Assembly (NCBI GenBank): GCA_963797095.1
Contig: CAWCNY010000004.1
Span: forward strand, 224,001-288,000
DNA: 64,000 bases
Direction: 5' to 3'
Source: an uncultured Chloroflexia bacterium
GTDB taxonomy: Bacteria > Chloroflexota > Chloroflexia > QHBQ01 > JADMIH01
Below, piece after piece: positions 30,414 to 38,616 of the stretch. The notes under the pieces were generated by a model that ran no database searches, was not told the DNA's origin, and worked only from the letters and a program-made list of their open reading frames with translations. The position numbers were made by a program, and so were the translations under genes. Positions within the stretch are counted from its first letter, which is position 1. Each line of letters opens with the position of its first letter.

Positions 30414-31120
30414 CGGCCCCGGCCAACGCAAAGATATTGGTGCTGGCTTCGGGTTCACCGCGCAGGCTCGAATTGATCGGGCGTGTGGTGCCTGCATTTG
30501 TTTCCCTCGTATCGACTGTTGAAGAAGCAGGCTCGGACCGCCTGCCGGATTTCGACTTCCCACCTTTGAACCTGGCACCGCCTTTTCCCGTGCCTGACGA
30601 GCAGGACCCCCGGTTGTGGGCATGGCGCAAGGCGGTTGACGTGATCGAGACATATCGAGAGCGTATCGCGCCTGGCACGCTAGTGCTTGGAGCGGATACG
30701 GTTGTGGTAGGCCCTGGGCGTCTGCTGGGAAAGCCGAAGGACCAAGCAGATGCAATCGACATGCTGAGATTGCTTGCAGGCACTTATCATTACGTGGTGA
30801 CGGGCTTTGTGATGGTGCGGGTAGGGGGCGAGGAAAGCGAGACGATCCACCATGAGGCAGTGATATCCACCGTCTTTATGCGCGATTATGGGCTTGCAGA
30901 ATTAGAGGGATATGTCGCAACGCCCGAACCTTACGATAAGGCGGGCGCATACGCGCTGCAAGGAGAAGGTGGCAAATTGGTGAGCGGGGTGGAGGGGTGC
31001 ATCAACAACGTGGTTGGGTTGCCCCTGTGCGGAGTGAGGAGAGCGCTTGCGGCCAGTGAAGGAGAGGTTCTGCCCTATCCATACGGCGGGTACTGCGAAC
31101 ACTGCCAGCTAGTCGGGTAG
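30410..31120 (+). CDS. maf: Maf family nucleoside triphosphate pyrophosphatase
   Basis: LASGSPRR, GADTVV, GKP, DKAGAY, NVVGLP. Confidence 0.92.
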   Translation: MTAPANAKILVLASGSPRRLELIGRVVPAFVSLVSTVEEAGSDRLPDFDFPPLNLAPPFPVPDEQDPRLWAWRKAVDVIETYRERIAPGTLVLGADTVVVGPGRLLGKPKDQADAIDMLRLLAGTYHYVVTGFVMVRVGGEESETIHHEAVISTVFMRDYGLAELEGYVATPEPYDKAGAYALQGEGGKLVSGVEGCINNVVGLPLCGVRRALAASEGEVLPYPYGGYCEHCQLVG

Positions 31121-31135
31121 AGTCCAGGTGCCCGA

Positions 31136-32350
31136 TCAGATGAAGCGGGTGAATACTTCGTTGCCGAGCAAACGCCCACGGGACGTGAGGCGCACATTGT
31201 CGCCGGAGGTTTCCAGCAAGGCGAGGGCGTGCAATTGCTCTAATTGTTGGGGGAAGACGGTCTCAAGATCGTCGTTGAAGCGGCGCTTGAATTCAAGCCT
31301 GTTGATGCCGTCGTTGAGCCTGAGGCCAAGCATCATGAACTCACCTATCTCTTCTTCGCGGCTGACCGTGTAGTGTTCGGCAAGCACGGACCGGTCTTGA
31401 CCGATCCGGGTGATGTATTCACCGGGAGATAGGAGAGTTGAATAACGCGTGTTGCCCCAGTAGCCCGATGCACCAGGCCCGAAGGCGAGGTAACGCTGAT
31501 CGTGCCAGTAGATGAGGTTATGAGCGCACGGCTCGCTACGAGTCCAGTTTGATATTTCATACTGCCTGTAGCCGGCAGCAGCCAGACGAGCACAGATCAA
31601 TTCGTACATGTCGGCGGTCTCATCTTCGTCGGGCACTTTTATCAGACCGCGCTGCACGCCTACATAGAGGGGAGTGTGTTCCTCGACGATCAGCGAGTAG
31701 CATGAAAGATGCTCCGGCAAGGGAGATACGGTGAGCAGGCGATCAAGCATCGTTTCAAGGTGAGCGAGGTCCTGGCCGGGCAAACCGAAGATGAAATCGA
31801 GGTTGATGCGTGTGAAGCCGGCTTCCATGGCGAGTCGATATGATTCGAGAGCGCCTTCCGCACTGTGGATCCGGCCCAGTTTCTTCAGCATGGGATCGTC
31901 GAGGACCTGCACGCCCATGCTCAGCCGGTTTATGCCTGCCTGGATATAGCCCTCGAATTTCTCACGGCTGATCGTGCCGGGATTGGCCTCCATTGTCACC
32001 TCGGCGTTGGGGGCAATGTTGTAGCGCCGGCGAGCGGCGGACATGATGCGGTCGATCTGCTCAGGGGTAAGGACGCTGGGCGTACCGCCGCCGAAGAAGA
32101 CCGTGGAAATGCGGGCCTGCGCGCAATCGGGTTCGCCATCGAGGAAGGACGAAACACCGCGTGCGAGGTCGGCACAGAGAGACTTGACGAACGGCTCGTG
32201 CCGCGACTCCATCCCGGCGTAGGAGTTGAAGTCGCAGTAGATGCACTTGGACTCGCAAAATGGAATATGAAGATAGAGGCCCAATGGCTCCTCGCGCCGT
32301 TCGTAGGGCGGGATGGTCGGGGGAGTTGAGGGCGAAAGTTGGATTATCAT
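31136..32350 (-). CDS. hemW: Radical SAM heme chaperone HemW
   Basis: YLHIPFCESKCIYCDF, GGGTPS, YEISN, HNLIYW. Confidence 0.92.
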   Translation of the reverse strand: MIIQLSPSTPPTIPPYERREEPLGLYLHIPFCESKCIYCDFNSYAGMESRHEPFVKSLCADLARGVSSFLDGEPDCAQARISTVFFGGGTPSVLTPEQIDRIMSAARRRYNIAPNAEVTMEANPGTISREKFEGYIQAGINRLSMGVQVLDDPMLKKLGRIHSAEGALESYRLAMEAGFTRINLDFIFGLPGQDLAHLETMLDRLLTVSPLPEHLSCYSLIVEEHTPLYVGVQRGLIKVPDEDETADMYELICARLAAAGYRQYEISNWTRSEPCAHNLIYWHDQRYLAFGPGASGYWGNTRYSTLLSPGEYITRIGQDRSVLAEHYTVSREEEIGEFMMLGLRLNDGINRLEFKRRFNDDLETVFPQQLEQLHALALLETSGDNVRLTSRGRLLGNEVFTRFI

Positions 32351-32480
32351 TTGAACTGGATTTCGGTCGCTAGCGTATTACCAATGATGCGTTGGTTAAG
32401 TATAATATATCAGCTAGCCTGATGGATAGGAGCGCGAAGCATTGACGGCTGGCAAAGTAGAGTGGGAGATTGTGATTAAC

Positions 32481-32509
32481 TTGACAATGATCTATGCGGC
32501 TGATATACT
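32481..32509 (+). promoter_or_regulatory. Sigma-70 promoter
   Basis: TTGACA-17bp-TATACT with extended TG. Confidence 0.8.
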
Positions 32510-32560
32510 CGAAGACAGATTGTGGCCCATCTGCGCCGGGCTAAAGAGGTCGACCAGATA

Positions 32561-33577
32561 ATGTCAACGACCAGTACCACCCGCACATCTTCACCGCAAC
32601 AAGTGGACCTGAAGCAAATATTCGCACCGGTGGCGGATGGCATGGACCAGATTGACGGGACGCTCCGTTCGATTGCCACCCTGGATTTTCCGCTGGTTAA
32701 ACAGGGTGTGGAAGCGATAATCGCGGCAGGCGGCAAGCGGTTGCGACCGGCAGTACTTTTTTTGTGCGCGCGCTTCAACCGTTATGATCCGGAGCGGCTG
32801 GTGCCTATGGCGGCGGCGATTGAGCTGTTGCACACAGCCTCCCTGGTGCACGACGACACCATTGATAAGGCACTCGTGCGGAGGGGACTGCCCACGCTCA
32901 ATTCTCTCATTGACGAAGGCACGACCGTGCTGGTAGGCGATTTCCTGTTCGCCAAGAGCGCGGTGCTCAGCACGATGGGCGGTATGCTGCGGGCTACGCG
33001 CATCTTCGCGGAATCGCTGGTGACGATCTCAGAGGGCGAGATCGAGCAGAAGTTTTCTTTGCACCACGTCAATTCCTCGCTTGAGCAGTATTTGCAACGA
33101 ATTTATTCGAAGACCGCAGTGCTTTTCGCGGCAGCGGGGGAAATCGGCGCGGTGCTTTCTGAGGCGTCGGAGGACGATATTCAGAGGTTGAGGCATTACG
33201 CGCGGCAGGTGGGAATGGCTTTCCAGATCGTTGACGATATTCTGGATGTACACTCCACGACGGAGCAACTCGGGAAGCCTGCGGGCGGCGATTTGAAGCA
33301 GGGAACGGTAACGCTGCCGACGATGCTGTACCTGGAAACAGCTGACGAGGCTGCACGCCAGGAGGTTCGGCTGTTGATCGAGGGTGAGGGCGAGGACGAG
33401 GAGCTATTGAGACGCACATTGGCGAAGATCAATGCTTCGGGGGCGGTCCAGAAAGCCAATGAGATGGCTCGCCGCTATGTAGAGGAAGCAAAAGCGTCAC
33501 TTGCCGGGTTCCCCGACGTGCCAGCCAAACAGTCACTTATGGACCTGGCGGACTTCGCGATACGGCGCAGTTACTAG
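32561..33577 (+). CDS. Long-chain polyprenyl diphosphate synthase (HepT/IspB-like)
   Basis: GGKRLRP, HTASLVHDDTID..RRG, KTA, FQIVDDILD, GKP.G.DL. Confidence 0.92.
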   Translation: MSTTSTTRTSSPQQVDLKQIFAPVADGMDQIDGTLRSIATLDFPLVKQGVEAIIAAGGKRLRPAVLFLCARFNRYDPERLVPMAAAIELLHTASLVHDDTIDKALVRRGLPTLNSLIDEGTTVLVGDFLFAKSAVLSTMGGMLRATRIFAESLVTISEGEIEQKFSLHHVNSSLEQYLQRIYSKTAVLFAAAGEIGAVLSEASEDDIQRLRHYARQVGMAFQIVDDILDVHSTTEQLGKPAGGDLKQGTVTLPTMLYLETADEAARQEVRLLIEGEGEDEELLRRTLAKINASGAVQKANEMARRYVEEAKASLAGFPDVPAKQSLMDLADFAIRRSY

Positions 33578-33618
33578 GGGAGGCTTCCGACCTGAGAGGT
33601 AATGCATCAGCAAACGTG

Positions 33619-33800
33619 GGTCATCCCGAATTTTAGATTTGTGCGCACGACAGATTGGGAACGACCAGAGACCCCTCCCCTCCCCAAAATTTGGGGAGGA
33701 GCTTTCTAAAAAGAGCGAAAATGGCGGCTAGCCGCCATTTTCGCTCTTTTTAGAACCAGGTTGCACGCGTGCGAAGCTGAATCCAAGATTCGGGATGTCC
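33619..33800. mobile_element. Full-length copy of MITE-like family A (about 180 bp)
   Basis: TIRs CATCCCGAATTTTAGATT (33622-33639) and AATCCAAGATTCGGGATG (33780-33797); two internal hairpins; homologous to 5688-5817 and 8615-8704. Confidence 0.75.
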
Positions 33801-33907
33801 AAAGTTTGTTTTGGAGCGATATGATAAGTGGCTCGTACCAGCATTATGAGGCCGTCGTCTTTTGCCTACTGGCCTAACGTGGTACAATTAATAGGCCTGA
33901 ATGATGA

Positions 33908-34888
33908 GTGAGCCACGCCATGGATATTCCGACACAATTACCTGGCAACACGACGAATGGAGTGATACGCCGTCTACGTCCTTTTGGTGACGGTGATCTT
34001 GAGCCGCTTACTCATCTACTGTGGGAAGCGCATGCCTCTCCGCCCACTGCGCGCCCCGCTCCAGAAGATGTAATTCTACGTTGGAAGAGGCGCAATATCG
34101 ATCCTGTATACGATGTACAGGTGCTGGGTGGAGCAGGCGGCAAGTTGGCGGCGTTTGTGCAGACAGGGCTATTCAGGGACGGCACGCCGCGGTTGAGCTT
34201 TGAGATTGGGGTGCATCCGAGGTACAGGCGACAAGGGATCGGCTCAGCACTTTTTGAGACGGTGCTTGCGCGCGCACGAAGAGCGGGAATCAACAATGTG
34301 ACTACGCCGGTGTACTCGCTGCCGGGCAGGGCTCCAGGCGACAATGTGCTGTGGCTGCAACACCGAGATTTCAGGAGCGAGCATAGCTATTGGCAGATGC
34401 GCCTGGACGGGATCGAGCAGCAGGCTTCAGCTGTGTGGCCGAAGGGGATCGGGGTGCGGCGTATGACGGACCTGGACCGCGACCCGGCTACCTGGGCAGA
34501 TTTGATCGTGAAAGCGTTCAACGAGTCGGCGACTGCGGCGGGGGTGCTAATGCAGTTGAGGGAGCCAGGGGTCAGCCCGGACGGTTACTTCTTTGCACTT
34601 GACCTGGAAACAGGAAAGGAAGTGGGAACCAGCAGGGCACGAATTGACATCCTGGGCGGTGAGCAGGTTGGCTACATCGGGACGGTTGGCGTGTTGCCGG
34701 AATACAGGGGAAAGGGCATCGCCACAGCTTTGCTTGGACAGACTCTCGATTACTTGAGCGGTCAGGGCATAAGATCGGCAACTTTGTTTGTGGAAGACCA
34801 GAATCGGAATGCCCGCAAGCTTTATGATGGACTTGGCTGGCGGTACGCCTACAGGACGGACCACTTTTGGAGGCGGCTGATACCCTGA
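33908..34888 (+). CDS. Tandem GNAT acetyltransferase (MshD-like architecture)
   Basis: Two acetyl-CoA motifs, VHPRYRRQGIG and VLPEYRGKGIA, plus N..ARKLY..LGW. Confidence 0.85.
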   Translation: MSHAMDIPTQLPGNTTNGVIRRLRPFGDGDLEPLTHLLWEAHASPPTARPAPEDVILRWKRRNIDPVYDVQVLGGAGGKLAAFVQTGLFRDGTPRLSFEIGVHPRYRRQGIGSALFETVLARARRAGINNVTTPVYSLPGRAPGDNVLWLQHRDFRSEHSYWQMRLDGIEQQASAVWPKGIGVRRMTDLDRDPATWADLIVKAFNESATAAGVLMQLREPGVSPDGYFFALDLETGKEVGTSRARIDILGGEQVGYIGTVGVLPEYRGKGIATALLGQTLDYLSGQGIRSATLFVEDQNRNARKLYDGLGWRYAYRTDHFWRRLIP

Positions 34889-34903
34889 GTTGTATGGACC
34901 AAT

Positions 34904-35647
34904 ATGAGTAGCAAGGAAGGCACAAGTAAATCAATGATGGCAGTGAAGGCGGGCAAAACGCTTGTCTACCTGGTGCGGCATGGTGAAACGACATGGAATG
35001 CCGAGCGGCGGTTCCAGGGGCAGATGGATGTCGAATTGAGTATGACCGGAGTGGCGCAGGCGGAAGCGGTAGCGGATTGGCTGGCGGCTCAGCCAGTGCA
35101 CTTTACGGCGATATATTCAAGCGATCTTAAGCGAGCAGTAGAAACGGCCAGGAAGATCGGCACGCGACTCGGCCTGATCCCTGGACTGCACCGCGACCTG
35201 CGCGAGATGCACGCCGGTGAATGGCAAGGCTTGCTGGTGTCGGAAATTGAGGCTCGATTCCCAGGCAAACTGGCCGAATGGACGGCGAGAGTAGACAAGT
35301 TCACCACACCGGGGGGCGAGAGCATTCCGAAGGTACAACAAAGGATGTATGCGACATACAAGGCTATTGTGTCGCAGCACCCTGGTGACGCGATAATCAT
35401 AGTATCGCATGGGGCGGCGCTCACGGCGCTGCTTGCGGCGTTACACAACTGGGACCTGGTGGAGACCTGGCAATCGCGGAAAATGAAGATGCAGAACACG
35501 GGTGTGACTGTAGTTGCTCTCGACCACGAGCGCAGCCAGCATGAGTTGTTACTTCTCAATTCGTCCGAACACCTGCCCGAAACGGAGGAGACGCAAGCCC
35601 AACCTGGCGAAACTCAGCCCTCGAAACTGAGGGCGAGAGAAGTATAA
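34904..35647 (+). CDS. Histidine phosphatase (phosphoglycerate mutase-like)
   Basis: LVRHGETTWN, SSDLKRAVETA, LREM..G.WQG, GGES, VSHG. Confidence 0.9.
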   Translation: MSSKEGTSKSMMAVKAGKTLVYLVRHGETTWNAERRFQGQMDVELSMTGVAQAEAVADWLAAQPVHFTAIYSSDLKRAVETARKIGTRLGLIPGLHRDLREMHAGEWQGLLVSEIEARFPGKLAEWTARVDKFTTPGGESIPKVQQRMYATYKAIVSQHPGDAIIIVSHGAALTALLAALHNWDLVETWQSRKMKMQNTGVTVVALDHERSQHELLLLNSSEHLPETEETQAQPGETQPSKLRAREV

Positions 35648-35727
35648 AAGCGATGGGGGTATAGCGGCGCTATACCCCTTAATTGTTGGTCTTGGAAAGT
35701 GCATAGTCAGATCAGATAGGAGATCAA

Positions 35728-36627
35728 GTGATAGAGACGATGGCAGAACACGCCCCCGATTCCCAGGAAGTTGCGCACAGTGCCTTGTTGATGAAGGGGC
35801 GGGAAGTTGCAGCAGGTATAAGACAGAAGTGCGTCGAGGAAATCGGCGTTCTGAAGAGCAAATATAAGGTTCTACCGGGACTGGCGGTGCTCAGGATCGG
35901 GGATGATCCGGCCTCTGTCAATTATGCAACCCGCATACAAGAGGCGTTTGATAAGGCCGGGCTTATGGTGACGCTGATCGTTTTGCCCGCCAATGCATCG
36001 CGGGGGATGCTGCAATCGGAGATCGGCAGGCTTAATGTCCTACCGGAGATAGCGGGCGTAATTGTGCAACAGCCGCTACCTACTCACATGGGGCTTGACG
36101 CTATCATTGACGTGCTGGACCCGAACAAGGATGTGGACGGGATTCACCCTGTGAACGTTGGAAGGCTGTCGCTTGGATTGGATTGCTATGTGCCCGCGAC
36201 CCCGGCCGGTGGAATTGCAGTCCTCGATTACTACAATATTCCGATAGAAGGCAAGCAAGCGCTGGTAATCGGGCGCAGTGGCGTGGTTGGCAAGCCGCTC
36301 GCGCAATTGTTGCTGGCGCGCAGCGCTACGGTGACAATCGCGCATTCGCGCACGCGAAACCTGTTTGATCTGATCGCTCAGGCCGAAATAGTGGCGTCAG
36401 CGGTGGGGAAGCCAAATATGATCACGGGCGAAATGTTGCGCCCAGGGTCGGTGGTGGTCGATTTCGGGGCGGCGATGCTCGACGGCCAGATGACGGGCGA
36501 CGTGGACTACAAGAGCGCCATGGATAGGGTAGCGGCGATCACGCCGGTGCCTGGCGGAACAGGCCCGGTGACGAATGTGATGCTCTTGAGGAACACAATC
36601 AAGGCGATCAAACGTGTATTGCATTAA
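35728..36627 (+). CDS. folD: Methylenetetrahydrofolate dehydrogenase (FolD family)
   Basis: DDPAS, KDVDG.HP.N.G, PATP.G, GRS.VVGKP, ITPVPGG.GP.T. Confidence 0.9.
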   Translation: MIETMAEHAPDSQEVAHSALLMKGREVAAGIRQKCVEEIGVLKSKYKVLPGLAVLRIGDDPASVNYATRIQEAFDKAGLMVTLIVLPANASRGMLQSEIGRLNVLPEIAGVIVQQPLPTHMGLDAIIDVLDPNKDVDGIHPVNVGRLSLGLDCYVPATPAGGIAVLDYYNIPIEGKQALVIGRSGVVGKPLAQLLLARSATVTIAHSRTRNLFDLIAQAEIVASAVGKPNMITGEMLRPGSVVVDFGAAMLDGQMTGDVDYKSAMDRVAAITPVPGGTGPVTNVMLLRNTIKAIKRVLH

Positions 36628-36648
36628 ACTAATGCGTGATATGTCATT

Positions 36649-36690
36649 ACGAGTGACAAGTGACAAGTGACGGGTGACGAGTGACGGGTG
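36649..36690 (+). repeat. GTGACRR heptamer tandem repeat x5-6
   Basis: GTGACAA GTGACAA GTGACGG GTGACGA GTGACGG. Confidence 0.85.
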
Positions 36691-36774
36691 GCAGAATGAG
36701 CCGCAGTCAAATGTCAGGTATCAAGTGTCACAGGTCAGATCTGGCATATAACTTACTTTGGAGGAAACAGCAAC

Positions 36775-38481
36775 GTGGCTGATACTACTCGAAACGACCT
36801 TAACATTGCGCATGCCGCAAGTCTTAAGCCCATAGAAGAAATCGCTGAGATGATGGGCCTCAGCAGAGACGATATTGAGTTATACGGGGCGCGCAAGGCG
36901 AAGATCCGTCTTGATGTGATCGAGCGCATGCGCGACCGCCCAAATGCCAAGTATGTGGTTGTGACGGCGATTACGCCAACGCCTCTTGGAGAAGGCAAGA
37001 CGACCACATCAATCGGGCTTGCGCAGGGGTTTCATCGGATCGGAAAGAATGCCATTGTGGCTTTGCGGCAACCGTCGCTTGGCCCGGTGTTCGGGATCAA
37101 GGGGGGAGGCTCCGGGGGAGGATATAGCCAGGTGGTGCCGATGGAGGACATGAACCTCCATTTGACAGGCGACATACACGCCGTGTCAGCGGCACACAAT
37201 CTTTTGAGCGCGTTCCTGGATGGGTCAATGTTCCACAGCAATCCCTTGAACATAGATGTCAACCGGATAGAGTTGCGGCACGTGGTGGACATACTGGACC
37301 GCTCATTGCGGGACATCGTGCAAGGGTTGGGAGGGCGCAACAACGGGGTGCCGAGGGAAAGCGGGTTTGATATTTCGGTTGCCTCAGAGGTAATGGCGAT
37401 CCTGGCGCTCTCCAAATCCATCTTCGACTTGCGCGAGCGATTGGGGCAGATAATCGTGGGATATGACAGGGCAGGCGCGCCTGTGACCGCAGAGCAGTTG
37501 AAGGCGGCGGGGGCGATGACGGTGTTGTTGCATGAAGCGATCAAGCCGAACCTGTTACAAACGATAGAGAATACGCCTGCGCTGGTGCATTGTGGGCCCT
37601 TCGCCAATATCGCCCACGGCAATTCGTCGGTGCTGGCGGACTACATTGGCATCAAGTGTGGCGACTACCTGATAACAGAGGCAGGTTTCGGTGCTGATAT
37701 GGGCTTCGAGAAATTCTGCGACATCAAGTGCAGGGTGAGCGGCCTGGCACCGGACGCCGCCGTTGTGGTAGCCACTGTGCGGGCATTGAAAATGCACTCA
37801 GGCAAGTTCAAGATCGTGGCTGGTAAGCCGCTCGACCCAGGGCTGACCACCGAGAACATGCCCGCGCTGGAAGAAGGGGTTGTGAATCTCGTAGCGCAGA
37901 TCGAGAACGTGCGTAAGATGGGGGTGCCGGTAGTAGTCGCCATCAACGCTTTCCCGACAGATACAGAGCGCGAGTGGGCGTTCATAGAGAAGGCGGCGTG
38001 CGAGGCGGGCGCGGTGGCGGCGGTGCCAACAACCCATTACGCTGAGGGCGGCAACGGGGCGATTGGCCTGGCGAAGGCTATTGTTGAGGCTACCTCGGTG
38101 CCGGCCGACTTCCGCTTCCTTTATCCGCTTGACCTGGGCATCAAAGAGAAGATCGAGATTATTGCCAGGGAGATTTATGGAGCCGCTGATGTAGATTACG
38201 CAGATGAAGCGGATGACAAGATCCGGCTTTACACCAAGCAAGGTTTTGCACATTTGCCTATTTGCATGGCAAAGACCCACCTTTCACTGTCGCACGACCC
38301 GAAGCTCAAGGGGAGGCCGAGAGGGTTCACTTTGCCGGTGCGAGACGTGCGCCTCTCGGCGGGCGCGGGGTTCATCTACCCGTTGTGCGGGACTATGCTA
38401 ACGATGCCGGGCCTGCCATCTGACCCAGCGGGTGCTCACATGGATATCGATGAAGAGGGAAACGTAGTGGGTCTCCATTGA
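36775..38481 (+). CDS. fhs: Formate--tetrahydrofolate ligase
   Basis: TAITPTPLGEGKTTT, HCGPFANIAHG, TEAGFGADMG.EKF, CMAKTHLSLS, TMPGLP. Confidence 0.97.
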   Translation: MADTTRNDLNIAHAASLKPIEEIAEMMGLSRDDIELYGARKAKIRLDVIERMRDRPNAKYVVVTAITPTPLGEGKTTTSIGLAQGFHRIGKNAIVALRQPSLGPVFGIKGGGSGGGYSQVVPMEDMNLHLTGDIHAVSAAHNLLSAFLDGSMFHSNPLNIDVNRIELRHVVDILDRSLRDIVQGLGGRNNGVPRESGFDISVASEVMAILALSKSIFDLRERLGQIIVGYDRAGAPVTAEQLKAAGAMTVLLHEAIKPNLLQTIENTPALVHCGPFANIAHGNSSVLADYIGIKCGDYLITEAGFGADMGFEKFCDIKCRVSGLAPDAAVVVATVRALKMHSGKFKIVAGKPLDPGLTTENMPALEEGVVNLVAQIENVRKMGVPVVVAINAFPTDTEREWAFIEKAACEAGAVAAVPTTHYAEGGNGAIGLAKAIVEATSVPADFRFLYPLDLGIKEKIEIIAREIYGAADVDYADEADDKIRLYTKQGFAHLPICMAKTHLSLSHDPKLKGRPRGFTLPVRDVRLSAGAGFIYPLCGTMLTMPGLPSDPAGAHMDIDEEGNVVGLH

Positions 38482-38507
38482 CAACGAGACATAACATCTT
38501 GTATCAT
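38478..38507 (+). promoter_or_regulatory. Putative sigma-70 promoter followed by a two-hairpin leader
   Basis: TTGACA-18bp-TATCAT; hairpins GTACGCTCACA..TGTGAGCGTAC and TTGCTC..GAGCAA. Confidence 0.55.
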
Positions 38508-38616
38508 TGCCTGTACGCTCACAGAGAGGTGTGAGCGTACTGTAACTGTGTACACTCTTTGCTCGTTAATAGAGCAAGCCGCTTCTCGAAAACTCCCGGC
38601 GCAGAAGGAGATATGA

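Noticed and set aside
35648-36774. THF or ZTP riboswitch before folD/fhs
   Set aside because: Neither consensus is visible; the spacers hold a simple hairpin and heptamer repeats
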